From positions 1,088,001-1,152,000 of the forward strand of contig OZ001293.3 in NCBI GenBank assembly GCA_963921275.4: a stretch of DNA of 64,000 nt, in the 5' to 3' direction. Position numbers and translations under genes: made by a program. Of this stretch, positions 1-11,621 are shown piece by piece. Every line of letters begins with the position of its first letter. The stretch's first letter is position 1. The notes under the pieces are model-generated. The model made no database searches. It saw only the letters and a list, made by a program, of their open reading frames with translations, and was not told the origin of the DNA. Source of the stretch: an uncultured Hormoscilla sp. Its GTDB lineage: Bacteria > Cyanobacteriota > Cyanobacteriia > Cyanobacteriales > Desertifilaceae.

Positions 1-895
1 TGGGCTGCTGTTGTTTTACCTGTACCAGCTGGTCCTTTTAATAATACCACTATGCCCGCCGATTCATTGCGTTCAAATCCCCAGACAATATCTACCTGGG
101 ACTGTAATTGCCACTGTCTGCATATATGTTGCAAAGAGCCCAACTGTTCTGCGGGCAAAATCAAATCTGACCAATGTTTCGGAATACGGCTAATTTCCAA
201 TATCGAAGACAATTTCTTCTTCTTTTCGAGTACCAAGCTTTCTAGCACTTGCGGGTCGGGGGAAGCAGCTAGCAGGTAATTCACTAGTCTCTCGTCTAGT
301 TTAAGCCTGCGTTCCAGAAGGGTTTGAGCATTAGCATTTAGGAGTTCTACTAAACCTAGCTTAATTAAGGGAGAATTGCTCGTCAAGCGAGCGCGCGCAT
401 CTCGCCAGTCCGTGTCATTACGACACAGCAGCCGAAACACTAAGTCCACTGTCGGCAGACTTTCTCCTTCCGTTCCTTGCAGGTAGCCATAAAGCTGTCC
501 ATAGCGGCGATTTACTTCTGGTGCTAGAGTAATGAGCGCCAGATTTTTCTCGAATAGGGTCAAAGCCGCCCGATCGCGCAGGCAAGGTAATCCCAGCACT
601 ATCCCCTGAGCATAACTTGCTTGAATTCTCGCTTGCAACTGTTCCTGATAGCTATTTGGGAGCGGGGGGTTAGTTAGCCCTGGGATATTAGGTTGTCTCT
701 GGTGTTTGTCATCATTTCCTATTTGCTTTTCCAGGGAGATCAACCCCTTCCACCAGTGACTCGTCGCTTGGTCCACTTTCGACTTGGCAACTCGATCGAT
801 TTCTTTGACATCTTGTAGCTGTCGCGCCACTGCTAACCTGAGCAAGCGGTCTAGCCAGCTTAATTCTAGTCTCAGATAAGCCCAATTATCAGCAA
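1..895 (-). pseudogene. AAA-family ATPase, frameshifted, runs off the window start
   Basis: Manual minus-strand translation gives ADNWAYLRLEL, then a frameshift to WLDRLLRLAVARQ...SHWWKG...EVNRRYG...WSDLILP, then Walker A GPAGTGKTTAA in another frame near positions 1-35. Confidence 0.7.
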
Positions 896-909
896 GAGCT
901 AAAGTCTGA

Positions 910-1350
910 TTACCTACCATTGGCCAACATCCGTATAAATTCTAGAGGCAACGAGTCCGTGTCCGCTATAAAGGCCACTTCGTAAACCCGATCGCCGATC
1001 ATTTGCTGAGTAGGCTCCAGTAGTACCTGCATTGGTGGCAGCTGCCCTGAGTCCCTCAAGCGTCCGGCCAAGGCTGCCAACCAGCTGGGTAAGTCAGTTG
1101 TCACCTCCGTCAGATCGAAGCATAAGTGGTAATATCCAGTATAATGTTCATCGCCAAAAGCATCTACTGCCGGACGCGGTTCCGGAATTTGAATCAGTTC
1201 GATGCGCCCTCCCAACCCTTCCATCCAGCAGGCCAGAGTCATCCCAGTAGTAAACCGTTCCTTTACCGCCAAGCCTAGCTGTTCGTAGAAGGCGATCGCC
1301 TGGTGTATATTCGCAGTACGGATGGATACATGATGCATTTGACTGGTCAC
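910..1350 (-). CDS. VOC/glyoxalase family protein
   Basis: MHHVSIRT...AIAFYE, IELIQ, YYHLCFD, and D..LPLEF motifs. Confidence 0.85.
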   Translation of the reverse strand: MTSQMHHVSIRTANIHQAIAFYEQLGLAVKERFTTGMTLACWMEGLGGRIELIQIPEPRPAVDAFGDEHYTGYYHLCFDLTEVTTDLPSWLAALAGRLRDSGQLPPMQVLLEPTQQMIGDRVYEVAFIADTDSLPLEFIRMLANGR

Positions 1351-1856
1351 TCAAATAGGCGGAAATAGGGATAACGCACTGGCGTGCCCGATTCTTTTTC
1401 TAAGTCAAAATTTATTACTTCCCAGCAAGGTTCATCTGCCGGGTCTGGACTAAAGGAGACTGGCAAACCATAAAGCTGGAGTGGCTGTGGTTCTATCTGG
1501 GGGCGCCAAGGAATGCTACGTTCTAGATAGGAGCCAATCAACTCTTTATAGCGCATTGTAATAATCACTCGCGTTGCCCGGTATCCTTGAGTATAGAGCC
1601 GATCGAGGGCTTCGTGGATTTCAAACCTAATCCCATCGGGATGGGTATGCTGCCGATACCATTGGTCGTTCCAGCGACGCCAGTGACGCCCTGACTGGAG
1701 GTGGACGAGTTCACCGGTTTTCGAGTCTGCCTCAAATGCACCATGACGGGGGCATAGATAACTATCCATCAGGGTCAACGCTGGTATCATCTGGCGGCAA
1801 TGTGGGCATTGAATCTCTGCCCCAAATATGGGGTATTGTAATCCTGGATTGGTCAT
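1347..1856 (-). CDS. Conserved cyanobacterial Zn-ribbon protein (TIGR02652-like)
   Basis: MTNPGLQYPIFG.EIQCPHC...YLCPRHG. Start placed at the internal ATG because the longer ORF begins inside a MITE. Confidence 0.75.
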   Translation of the reverse strand: MTNPGLQYPIFGAEIQCPHCRQMIPALTLMDSYLCPRHGAFEADSKTGELVHLQSGRHWRRWNDQWYRQHTHPDGIRFEIHEALDRLYTQGYRATRVIITMRYKELIGSYLERSIPWRPQIEPQPLQLYGLPVSFSPDPADEPCWEVINFDLEKESGTPVRYPYFRLFE

Positions 1857-1911
1857 CGGGCACTCAAGAGCATAATGAACTCTGGACCTGCTACCAGTTA
1901 TTTTATTATAA

Positions 1912-2117
1912 TCTACATTCCGCACGGACAAATTTTTGACGTAATGATGACAAACAGCTTGTGATTTTACTAACCGAAAATTTCATATTCGTATAAATAA
2001 ATACACTTTTTTTTTCTAAATTGTCAGAGCTAGTACGGATTACAAAAAGTAGTGTAATAGTAATCTAACCGATAAATTATGTAATATTATACTACAACTT
2101 GTAGTGCTAAAAGTGGG
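1912..2117. mobile_element. ~210-bp AT-rich MITE, copy 1
   Basis: Homologous to 31389-31600 and 22396-24965; imperfect terminal inverted repeats; 6-bp target duplication TTATAA. Confidence 0.8.
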
Positions 2118-2127
2118 TTATAACTAG

Positions 2128-3661
2128 AGCGTCGGTCAAGTAGAAACGATTGACAAAATTGCTATCTCAATGCATCTGGAGACGTCAGTAGCGAGTTGTT
2201 ATCTTGTCTGGGGACTGAAATCCTTATCCTGTGGGGGGGTACGGCGTCCCAAACATGCACCAGTTATGAAAAAAGTGGTCATATGTCCAATCCACATTCC
2301 ACACTTCACTTTGTGACATATCTAGTCATAGGCCAAACCTCCCAAATACTGCACTGTTAATATCTGGTAGTACGTAAATTATGGGAATTTTGGTAAAGAG
2401 CAAGGTAGAAAATTTATCCAATACATGGCCAGAGCCATAACCTTGCATCAAACGTTCTATACGATCTGCATGTTCGACTTGAGTCTCTGTAATGCCAAAA
2501 CCTCGAGTTTTGAAATCCGAAAACATGGGTTCAATTCCCCAGCGAATCCCATAATCTCTTGTTTTGTATTCAGAAGCAGGACAATCCCTAGCTATGATCC
2601 AAGGTTCGTCATAGCCTGGGTCTTGAAGAATTCCAATGTTAGTTTTTACCTTGGTTGCGTTAAAGCAAGCTCCCTTGAGTACTTTTACTCCCCGTGCGGC
2701 TGCATCTCTACCATTAATTTCTCCTCCCAGTATCACTTGACATAGCGTGATATTATATATTATCACGCATGTCAAGTGATACTGCCCTGATGTTGGAAAA
2801 TCAGATTACCCTTCAGGCGAATTCTGTAGCTACATTGATGGATGATTTTGACACCATTCAACCAACGTGCCATAAAACCTGTCAGCCATCAACAAGATGG
2901 AAAAGTCATCATCCAGCAGCTCATCGACTTTTTCAAGTAATTGTTTTGGCTCGGTGAACTCTATGGAGCCCTTGGTTTTTTTCACGTACCATAGCCTTGG
3001 CTTGGACCTCCATCCCATGCTTACACTCACCATCAGCACTTCAAAACCATTTCCCACTTTGCTTTGGTCTAATATTAGGAGCAACTGCTCTCCAGAAGCG
3101 GTTAGCTTCACACAACTCCCGTCCATAAGAAGCCATTACCAAAGCAATGTCCACCTAGTCACTGGCGAGAAACCGGCTGATATAAAGATGCGCGTTTTTC
3201 TTTGTGTTTGATTGTCAGAGGTAAGGCGGCTGCCAAGACCATTAAATTCGCAGTTCTATCTGACAGCATGCAACCGATCAAATTTGCCAAACCTAGTCGC
3301 TTGGGTTTGCTCAAACCTAGATCGCGTTGTTCGATATCTGCCAAGATATCGAACAAATTTTATGAATGCCACCTGATTCCATATATAGATATTTATCTGT
3401 GAAAACGCTTTCGAATTAACAATCCATATTATTCCCTAATTGTGCAACAGCAAGGCTCTGCTGGAGCGAGCGGAAAAATGTATCCTAGGATCCCAATGTA
3501 TTGACGGATTACATTTAGGGAGCAGTTAGAGTCTGAAACCCTTGATTTTGCCTGTAGAGTAAGTTTTACTTATCACCACAAACCCAGGAGAGCCAGCGGC
3601 TTTTTTTGTGCTATTCAGAATTATAGCAGAATTTTGAAGGGTGGCAAGCTTGACCGACGCT
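2128..3661 (-). mobile_element. Degraded IS region with an IS4-like DDE transposase pseudogene and nested MITEs
   Basis: Inverted ends AGCGTCGGTCAA / TTGACCGACGCT, both flanked by CTAG. Fragments read LILDQSK, LMADRFYG, and RWGIEPMFSDFKTRGF across frameshifts. Confidence 0.75.
2728..2784. repeat. 57-bp hairpin mini-element, copy 1
   Basis: CAGTATCACTTGACAT...ATGTCAAGTGATACTG; near-identical inverted copy at 47386-47442. Confidence 0.85.
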
Positions 3662-3774
3662 CTAGGGGCATTCTAACCTATTGCCAATTTTACTTCGATA
3701 TTTCCTGGCTGCTCTTCGCTCCGTGACGGCATCCAGGAAATATCGACCATTCACCTGTTGCAGCGATTGCTATT

Positions 3775-4329
3775 ATGAGAAGTTTCCCCACCGCATCGGA
3801 AAACCCGATTTCCTCTTGGCCAACTCCAGATTTATCTAAAGCTGCTTTTGTGGCGGCAAATGCCACGGTGATGGGCTGGGTGCAGATAGGAGCCGGTGCG
3901 AGCATCTGGTATGGAGCCGTGGTGCGGGGGGATGTGGAACGGATAGAAATTGGAGAATGTACAAATATTCAGGATGGGGCGATTTTACATGGCGACCCCG
4001 ATCAGCCGACGATAATAGCCGATTATGTCACGGTAGGTCATCGGGCAGTGATTCACAGTGCCTATATTGAACGGGGTAGTCTGATTGGTATTGGTGCGGT
4101 GGTACTCAATGGAGTGCGGGTAGGGTCCAGTAGCATCATCGGTGCAGGTGCGGTGGTGACCAAGGATGTGCCGCCTCATTCCCTGGTGCTGGGGGTTCCG
4201 GCTCAGTGGGTACGGGAGGTTTCCCCAACGAAAGCCAAAGAACTGATCGAACATGCTCAGCATTATCAACAACTGGCGCTGGTGCATGCTGGCAAAGGGA
4301 CCAACCCGGGGTTCTCCCAGCCCCATTGA
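3775..4329 (+). CDS. Gamma carbonic anhydrase family (hexapeptide repeat) protein
   Basis: [20 protein letters not shown], and [10 protein letters not shown] motifs. Confidence 0.9.
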   Translation: MRSFPTASENPISSWPTPDLSKAAFVAANATVMGWVQIGAGASIWYGAVVRGDVERIEIGECTNIQDGAILHGDPDQPTIIADYVTVGHRAVIHSAYIERGSLIGIGAVVLNGVRVGSSSIIGAGAVVTKDVPPHSLVLGVPAQWVREVSPTKAKELIEHAQHYQQLALVHAGKGTNPGFSQPH

Positions 4330-4567
4330 ACTGGGCTGTGTCCCCCGTTCGATGTACTCCGGGCGCACTACTCCTACTGCCATACTGTATCAAGTGATAC
4401 ATGTCGCACATCTAGAGGCCCTACTCGCACGTTCCCAGGCAGAGCCGTGGGAACGAGGGGGGGACACAGCGCGGCAATCTCAATTGTGAAAATCTCGCTC
4501 AGTTGGGTCAATAATATAATAATATGAGAATGATTAAAAAAACTTAAACTTGGGAGGACAACAGAAC

Positions 4568-4687
4568 ATGGACTGGCGGATTATAGTAGTTTTGCTGCCC
4601 ATTCTCGTGGCGGGCGGCTGGGCATTTTTAAGGATCGGTAAAATTGCGATCGAGCAGCTCCAGAACTTTTTGAATAAGGAAGCCTAG
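4568..4687 (+). CDS. psbY: Photosystem II protein Y
   Basis: 39-aa [42 protein letters not shown] (below the ORF-track cutoff) with a GGAGG RBS upstream. Confidence 0.9.
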   Translation: MDWRIIVVLLPILVAGGWAFLRIGKIAIEQLQNFLNKEA

Positions 4688-4742
4688 TGTCAGTGACCAG
4701 TGACCAGTAAGGCCAGGTTGAAATCCGGTGGAAATTTAGCAC

Positions 4743-4845
4743 TTAGGAACGAGGATTAAACAAGATGTTCATTCGAGAAGCCCTAAAATCCTGTCAGCTA
4801 GGGTGTTTCAGGCGAATTTGACACGTTATTAAATCCTCATTCCTT
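4743..4845. mobile_element. ~100-bp MITE
   Basis: Ends TAGGAACGAGGATTAAA / TTAAATCCTCATTCCTTA; a similar end lies at ~38735-38753 after the ISAzo13 remnant. Confidence 0.55.
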
Positions 4846-4929
4846 ATTTGGGTCACTGGTCAGTCCCTCTCCCCCTCTCCCCCTCATTCCTTTACCCAAA
4901 ATCTGTTCTACTGGACCGACGCTCTAGGT

Positions 4930-5110
4930 ACTTATCAGTGGAGCAGCTACAGCAACTAGATCTAGATGCACAATAGAGAAAGTGCTACCACCGGAGATTG
5001 GAGTAACGCAAATTGGTCGCCTGTTTCAGGTATTCCAGGCCAAGATCCAAGGACGGCTTCACTATCGCCCCCAACCCTATGCCAGTCGGATATTCCTGTT
5101 TTGTACTAGT
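4930..5110 (+). pseudogene. Fragment resembling an NRPS/PKS thioesterase domain
   Basis: LSVEQLQQLDLDAQ* / VLPPEIGVTQIGRLFQVFQA...HYRPQPYASRIFLF, next to an IS end (GACCGACGCTCTAG). Confidence 0.5.
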
Positions 5111-5193
5111 AGGGCATAATTGCTAAAATCAGCAAAGAGTGCTAACATTTGTTCCAGCACAACAATAAAGAAGAAAGGGTAGGTCAATGGAAG

Positions 5194-5307
5194 TGTCTCC
5201 TGGGTTTTGGGTGATAAGTAAAGCTTATAGTGACGCCAAATAAAGGGTTTCAGCCCTTAATGTGGGAAAAACGTATATGCCAATTTCTCCTCATTACCCA
5301 GGAGATC
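5194..5307. mobile_element. ~115-140-bp MITE family (also ~3455-3595 and ~38594-38713)
   Basis: Shared end TAAGTTTTACTTATCACC.CAAAC.CAGGAGA in three places, with TCTCCTG inverted termini. Confidence 0.6.
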
Positions 5308-5858
5308 CCAATGGAACGGCAACGATATATCGTGAGGGACTTCCAAAAAATAAATTACCCAATTTCTATCGCTGTACCAACTGGTGCATATAGATTACTG
5401 GATCCTCAAGGAGGATTATTTGCTTGGAGTTCCCTAAAGAATTTTGCATGACTACTTATCGGGTGGGCACTACCCACCTGATAATTGTACTATAATTGTG
5501 TGTTTTTGTCAAGAATAATGTAGACAAAATTAGATGCGCTTACCCTGGGCGATCGAACTGCTGTGGAAATTTATCAGTGTGTGCTTAAAGTTAGACCAAC
5601 TCATTACTAAAAAATCTAGATTCGTCTTTGATTGTATATTAATGTTACAGTTGGTAAAAATAGCCCAATAATTTGGTCCTAAATAGTTAGACTATTTTAA
5701 ATATTTTATGCAGTAGGATGTTAAGAATAATCCATAGCAATGTATTAACGAGATATATTTACAAATAGGAGATGCTTCGGAGGTGGTTGACTGATAAGAT
5801 TGTTAATGTTCTGATAAAATGTCAAGATAGTAAGGATTTATCAGTAGAGAAGTAAAAT

Positions 5859-7094
5859 TTGGATATTCAGGAAATCCTCAAACCATTTCAACATTTTGGC
5901 GTCCGCCTGGGACTAGAAAGAATGCACCAGCTATTAGCTGCGAAGGGAAATCCCCATCAGCAAGTCCCAATTATTCACGTGGCGGGTACGAATGGAAAAG
6001 GATCTGTTTGCGCCTATCTGTCGGCAGTATTGACCCAGGCAGGTTATCGCGTCGGACGCTATACTTCGCCTCATTTAGTGGATTGGACGGAACGTATATG
6101 TATCAAAGAACAGCCCATCGCCTCGGAAAAACTCCAGCAACTACTGTTACAAGTCATTGATGCGATCGAACTAGGAGAAGAGTCACCCACTCAATTTGAA
6201 GTATTGACCGCTGCGGCCTGGCTGTACTTTGCCCAAGAACAATGCGATATAGCTGTGATAGAAGTAGGATTAGGGGGAAGATTGGATGCTACAAATGTAT
6301 GCGATCGCCCCTTGGTCACCATCATCACCACCATCAGTCGGGAACATTGGCAAGTCCTCGGTCCTACCCTAGCTGACATTGCCAGAGAAAAAGCCGGGAT
6401 CCTGAAACCAGGATGTCCAGCAGTCATCGGACAACTGCCACCAGCCGCAATGGCTGTGGTAAAACAGAGAATAGCAGCACTAGACTGTCCCGCTATTTAT
6501 CCGGAACTGGCAGTATACTTAGAACCAGGCTGGGCAGCATATCAAGGTAGGAAATATCCCTTGCCCTTGCTGGGAGACATGCAGCTGGGTAATTCTGCAC
6601 TGGCGATCACCTGTCTGCAAATCCTCGGGCAGCAAGGTTGGGACATTTCTGCCGAGGCCATCAGTCAGGGAATGGCAAAAACCACCTGGCCAGGGCGGAT
6701 CCAATGGACAACCTGGCGCAACCATCCTATATTAATCGATGGTGCCCACAACGGGGCCGCAGCCGCAGCATTACGCCAATATGTTGACAATCTCGACCGC
6801 CAAGCAGTAAGCTGGGTAATAGGGATGCTCTCCACCAAAGATCATTCTGAAATATTCAAAACCTTACTCCGTCCAGCTGACAAGTTATATCTAGTCCCAG
6901 TACCAGATCCTCGTGGAGCCGATCCACAACAGCTAGCAACGCTAGCTCAGAGTATATGCACAAAGTTGGCTTCTTGTCAAGCATGTCTAGATCTGATCGC
7001 AGGTCTAGAAGCAGCTGTGACAGATTCAGAAAACTTAACAGTATTGTCAGGTTCTCTCTATCTTGTAGGTGATTTCCTAGGGAGTAAGTGGTAA
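5859..7094 (+). CDS. folC: Folylpolyglutamate synthase/dihydrofolate synthase
   Basis: HVAGTNGKGS, YTSPHL, EVGLGGRLDATNV, and DGAHN motifs. Confidence 0.95.
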   Translation: MDIQEILKPFQHFGVRLGLERMHQLLAAKGNPHQQVPIIHVAGTNGKGSVCAYLSAVLTQAGYRVGRYTSPHLVDWTERICIKEQPIASEKLQQLLLQVIDAIELGEESPTQFEVLTAAAWLYFAQEQCDIAVIEVGLGGRLDATNVCDRPLVTIITTISREHWQVLGPTLADIAREKAGILKPGCPAVIGQLPPAAMAVVKQRIAALDCPAIYPELAVYLEPGWAAYQGRKYPLPLLGDMQLGNSALAITCLQILGQQGWDISAEAISQGMAKTTWPGRIQWTTWRNHPILIDGAHNGAAAAALRQYVDNLDRQAVSWVIGMLSTKDHSEIFKTLLRPADKLYLVPVPDPRGADPQQLATLAQSICTKLASCQACLDLIAGLEAAVTDSENLTVLSGSLYLVGDFLGSKW

Positions 7095-7117
7095 ATTGGG
7101 AATTGGGAATTAAAAAT

Positions 7118-8239
7118 ATGGTTAATTTTCTCAAAGGTTTATTAGGAAATCGTTCTCAAGGAATAGGTGTGGAACTGACGCCAGAGAAAGTGAATATAGT
7201 CCGTCTGAGCAAAAAAGGTCAAGGATATAAATTAATCAATTTCCACTCTGCGGATGTGCCAGAAGGGGTATATAAAGAAGGACAGATCATAGACGCCCCA
7301 GAAATGGCGCAAGTGATTCAGACAGTGCTGGAAGAAAATAAGATCAAGGTAAAAAATGCGGCGACAGCAGTATCAGGAAGGGAAGCAGTAACCCGTTTAA
7401 TCCCAGTGCCAGCAGAATTGGACGACAATGAGCTGCGGGAAATGGTACTGAACCAGGAAGCAGGTTTATATTTGCCGTTTCCCCGGGAAGAAGCAGATGT
7501 AGATTATCAGAAGCTGGATCTGATGATAGATGACGATGGGATAGAAAAAGTGCGCGTCCTGCTAGTGGCAACCCGCAAGGAAGTGACAGATAACTACATG
7601 AATACATTTGAACAGGCAGGGTTGCAACTAGATATTTTAGAAATTAGCAGTTTTGCTTTGATTAGGACAATCAGAGAACAGTTGCGGCAATTTGCGCCCA
7701 CCGTTCCGGAAAAATCGGGAGCAGTGGCGATCGCCAATATAGAATATGAGGGGACGGAGATAGCGATCGCAGTAAATGGGGTGCCGCAGTTTTCGCGCAC
7801 AGTCCAGTTGGGCACGGCCCAAATTCAGACGGCTCTATCCCAAGCGATGAACCTACCGCCTTCGCGGAATACGGAATTGCTGCAAGGAATGTCGATTCCG
7901 ACGACACCAATAGATAGCGTGCGCACTGGGATGACGGGCACAAATCCCGGTGCGGCTGCTATGATTAGAGTATTGGGAGAATTGGCAGATGAACTGCGTC
8001 GATCGATTGATTTCTACGTAAATCAAGGGGAAAATCAGGAAGTGGCTCAACTGTTACTAGCAGGACCGGGTGCTGGCATTGGACAACTGGATGAATTCTT
8101 CACTCAGAGATTGTCGTTACCAAGTTCGTTTGTGGACCCGAGCGAGGTACTATCTCTAGAGTTGGATACAGAAATCCCCCCTAGCAAAAGACCGGGTTTA
8201 GGGGTAGCATTGGGATTAGGATTACGGTTTGTAACTTGA
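7118..8239 (+). CDS. pilM: Type IV pilus assembly protein PilM
   Basis: GIGVEL, EAGLYLPFPREEADVDYQ, ELRRSIDFY, and LAGPG motifs. Confidence 0.92.
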   Translation: MVNFLKGLLGNRSQGIGVELTPEKVNIVRLSKKGQGYKLINFHSADVPEGVYKEGQIIDAPEMAQVIQTVLEENKIKVKNAATAVSGREAVTRLIPVPAELDDNELREMVLNQEAGLYLPFPREEADVDYQKLDLMIDDDGIEKVRVLLVATRKEVTDNYMNTFEQAGLQLDILEISSFALIRTIREQLRQFAPTVPEKSGAVAIANIEYEGTEIAIAVNGVPQFSRTVQLGTAQIQTALSQAMNLPPSRNTELLQGMSIPTTPIDSVRTGMTGTNPGAAAMIRVLGELADELRRSIDFYVNQGENQEVAQLLLAGPGAGIGQLDEFFTQRLSLPSSFVDPSEVLSLELDTEIPPSKRPGLGVALGLGLRFVT

Positions 8240-8251
8240 GGTGTTAACAGC

Positions 8252-11200
8252 ATGTATAGCCTAGAGATTAATTTTCTCAAAAACAGAGGTATAGCGCAGG
8301 GTGGAGAAGGGGAAAAGCTACCTAGTACTCCGAGAAATATTGAACTCAAGGATATCGTTCCGGTGGCGGTGGGTTTGATGGTGGCAGTAGTGCTGGTGGG
8401 TGGAGCTTTGGGGATAAAAATATACCAGGATGGAGAAAATGAGAAGTTGCAAGACCTAGTGGGGCAAGTAGATAGTAGTCTCAAACAGATCCAGGCAAAA
8501 AAGAAGAAAATCGCAGTAATCAAAAAAGAGACAGAGGGGATAAATGCTCAGACGGAAGCGCTAGCAACGGTGTTTAATCAGATTAAACCATGGTCAGCAT
8601 TGTTGCAGGAAATGCGCGATCGGACGCCGGCCAGCGTGCAAATAGAAGAACTGAAACAAGTAGAAGTGGTAACGAGAATTCCGGGGAAAAACAATAAAGA
8701 AAAGCCGACTCAGCTCAAAAAACTGAGAATTGAAATAACGGGATTGGCGAGATCCTATAAGGATGTGAACGATTTTATGCTACTGCTGACGAAATCAAGT
8801 TTCTTGAGCGGGAAAACGGAACTGGTGTCAGCGAGAATGCAAAATAACCCCACGAGAGTGGAAGGAGTGGAACTGCCGCCGGTGGTCAACTATAAAATCC
8901 GCACATTCCTGTCAGATGCTCCAGCTGAAGAAATCCTGGCAGAACTAGAACGGAAAGGAGCAGTGGGATTGGCCCAAAGCACTACTCCCACTGCTACTCC
9001 CCGGCCACAAGTAACATCGCCGGTTCAATTGCCCCGGCTCCAGAACGGAGCCCCGGTTTGGCCTCAAGCCCAGAACGTGGCACCGCCCTTGCGACCAAGG
9101 GCGATCGCCCCTCCGGTAGGAGATATTTCTGTCTCAACGATCGACTCTTCGGCCAGTACCATCAATCTCGGCAGTAATGAACTGGTGCCCCGCTTAGTAT
9201 TGCGGGATGCTCCCGTCCGAGACGTGTTATCTCTCCTGGCTAGAGTTGCTGGCTTAAACATAGCGTTTAGCATAGAAAAAGCTGACGTTGGCCCAACAAT
9301 AACCCTAGATGTGGAAAACGAGCCAGTGCAAGATGTGTTTAACAACATTCTGCGGGTGACTGGTTTAGAAGCAAATCGCATGGGGCCGACAATATTTGTG
9401 GGCAAAAAACTGCCGATCGCAGCCAGTCAGATAGTGACTCGTACTTTACGACTAAATCAAGTCCCGGTGCAGAGCGCAGCGGCATTTCTGGCTATTCAGG
9501 GAGCTTTCAGCCAACGAGTTGTAACCAAGACAACCAGAACAACTCAGGGAGAGGGAGTTGGACGTGTAGTCAGAGAAGAAACAGAAACAGCAATTGAAGC
9601 CCTGACGGGGAAGCCAGACACTGAAGAAGGGATAGGACCATTGTTACTAAAAGGGTTATCAGTGGTAACGGATGAGCGTCTCAACGCGATCACGCTGATC
9701 GGGGAAGCCAGAAAAGTGGAAATGGCTACAGCCTTTTTGATTCAGCAAGACCTGCGCCGTCGCCAAGTAGCAGTGAATGTAAAAATAATTGATGTGAACT
9801 TGTCAGCGACGGATAACTTTAACAGCAGCTTCTCCTTCGGCATTGGCGATTCCTTCTTTGTGGTAGATAGTGGTCAAGGAATAGCAAATTTTGGGCGACT
9901 TACACCACCTTCAGCTGAGGACACAACATTAAATCGATTTGGTCGCCCCATCCTTCCCAACCCACTTACTCAACAGCCATTTGAGAATGACGGTCCTCGA
10001 CTTTTCCTCAATCCTGACGGCAATCAACAGATACGCGACCCCGCTAGCGGTCAATTTGTACCCGTAGGTCCTAACGCAGCTGGTTCGATATTCAGTCCCG
10101 GCGGCGTGCCTAGCAACCCTGGAATCACTGGAATTACTCCTCAGCAACTGCCAGCTGGTGCATCTGCACCTCTCTACCTGGATGCTCAGGGCATTCCCAG
10201 ACCGGCTAATGAGCTGACGATCGGTGGAGGCAATATTGCACCTTTCATTAGCCCCGAGGGAGATTTAGTTCAAGCCAGAGCATTTAGAGTGGGAATCACT
10301 GGAACGGCAGGAGTTCCCCAGCAATTCTTTGATTTTCAAGGAAATCCTAGGCTTCCCAGTCAGCTCGCTAATCCTGGCGATATCCCAGGTTTTACTGGCT
10401 CAATTCAACCTTTACTTCACCCAAATGGGACCCCTGTAACGGCTGTAACGGGGGTGCTAGGAAATCCGGGAGTTTCCACATCATCTCCTTTATTCTTTGA
10501 TGTCAACTCCATTCCTAGAACTCTCAGTCAGTTGACCATTGCTGGGGGCTCTTTTCAACCCCTGTTTGAATAGAACGAGCTGATCCAAGTAGGAACTCAG
10601 GCGACGGGTTTAATTCCTTTCATCGGCAGGGCGGCTCAATTTGCCTTCGGACTGCCCGAAGCGTTTCAGTATCCTCGACAATTCCTGGCACAGTTACAAG
10701 CTACTGTTGTCGAGAATAATGCCAAGATTCTCACCGATCCGACCCTGACAGTACAAGAAGGGGAAACAGCGACAGTAAACTTGACACAAAGAGTCCCGAT
10801 CAACGTAAGCCTTACCAGGACAATCACAGACGCAGGTGTAGTTGTAGGAGTAAGTACGATATTTGAAGAGGTGGGGCTTTTGTTACCAATTAGTATTGAG
10901 AGAATTGATGATAATGGTTTTATCACTCTCAATGTAGATCCGAGAGTATCAACAGTGATAGATACTTTTGAGATTGAGACAATAACAGCCGGGCAGCAGG
11001 TATTTCTGACTTCTAAACGAGAACTGAATTCTGGAAAAATTCGCTTGCGGGATGGTCAAACATTGATTTTGGCAGGTATAATTCAAGAGCAAGACAGAGA
11101 ACTTGTGCGGAAAATACCTATTCTAGGCGACTTGCCGATCATCGGCTCCCTGTTCCGCAGCCGAGAAAGTGAGGACGTGCGCAATGAAGTCGTGATTGTG

Positions 11201-11290
11201 ATTACGCCTCGGATTATCGAGGATACAGAACGATCGAATTTTGGGTACGGCTACAGGCCAGGTCCAGGGGTACAACAAATGATGCCCTAG
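8252..11290 (+). pseudogene. In-frame pilN::pilQ fusion (pilO and the PilQ N-terminus missing) with an internal TAG at 10571-10573
   Basis: N-terminus MYSLEINFL...KPWSALLQE...ELERKGAVGL is PilN. It continues as secretin (LVLRDAPVRDVL, QVAVNVKIIDV). After the stop the same frame gives ILTDPTL, LRDGQTLILAGII, and KIPILGDLPIIGSLFR. Confidence 0.85.
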
Positions 11291-11336
11291 GGTGGTTTAC
11301 CGTTCCGGAAAAATCGGAATCTCAATCGTTAATATA

Positions 11337-11491
11337 ACTCAAGTTGCGACCTACAGAACCTCAACCCCAAAATTAGTCGGCAAAATTAGCTAAAATTACC
11401 TTGTGATTTACCCAAAAAAGGCATAGTTTTGAATTTTTTTAGCAAAAATGTTGTCTCAGATGTCAAAATTTTTATAGGTAGCAACTTAGGT
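11337..11491. mobile_element. IS982-derived MITE
   Basis: Ends ACTCAAGTTGCGACCTA / TAGGTAGCAACTTAGGT match the IS at 12895-13906; 7-bp duplication TAATATA. Confidence 0.85.
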
Positions 11492-11621
11492 TAATATAGG
11501 AAATTGGGAAGTAAAAATGGAAAATAGAAAGTAGGGTATGCCGTGCCCACTGTCATCCGCTACAAAATAACTCGAAAGTAGGGCAAGAGCCACTGCAAAA
11601 ATAGTAGAAGGAGGTGGAAAA

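Noticed and set aside
10571..10573. TAG in pilQ as programmed readthrough or pyrrolysine
   Set aside because: No supporting machinery is seen, and the operon already has a large deletion, so a nonsense mutation is simpler.
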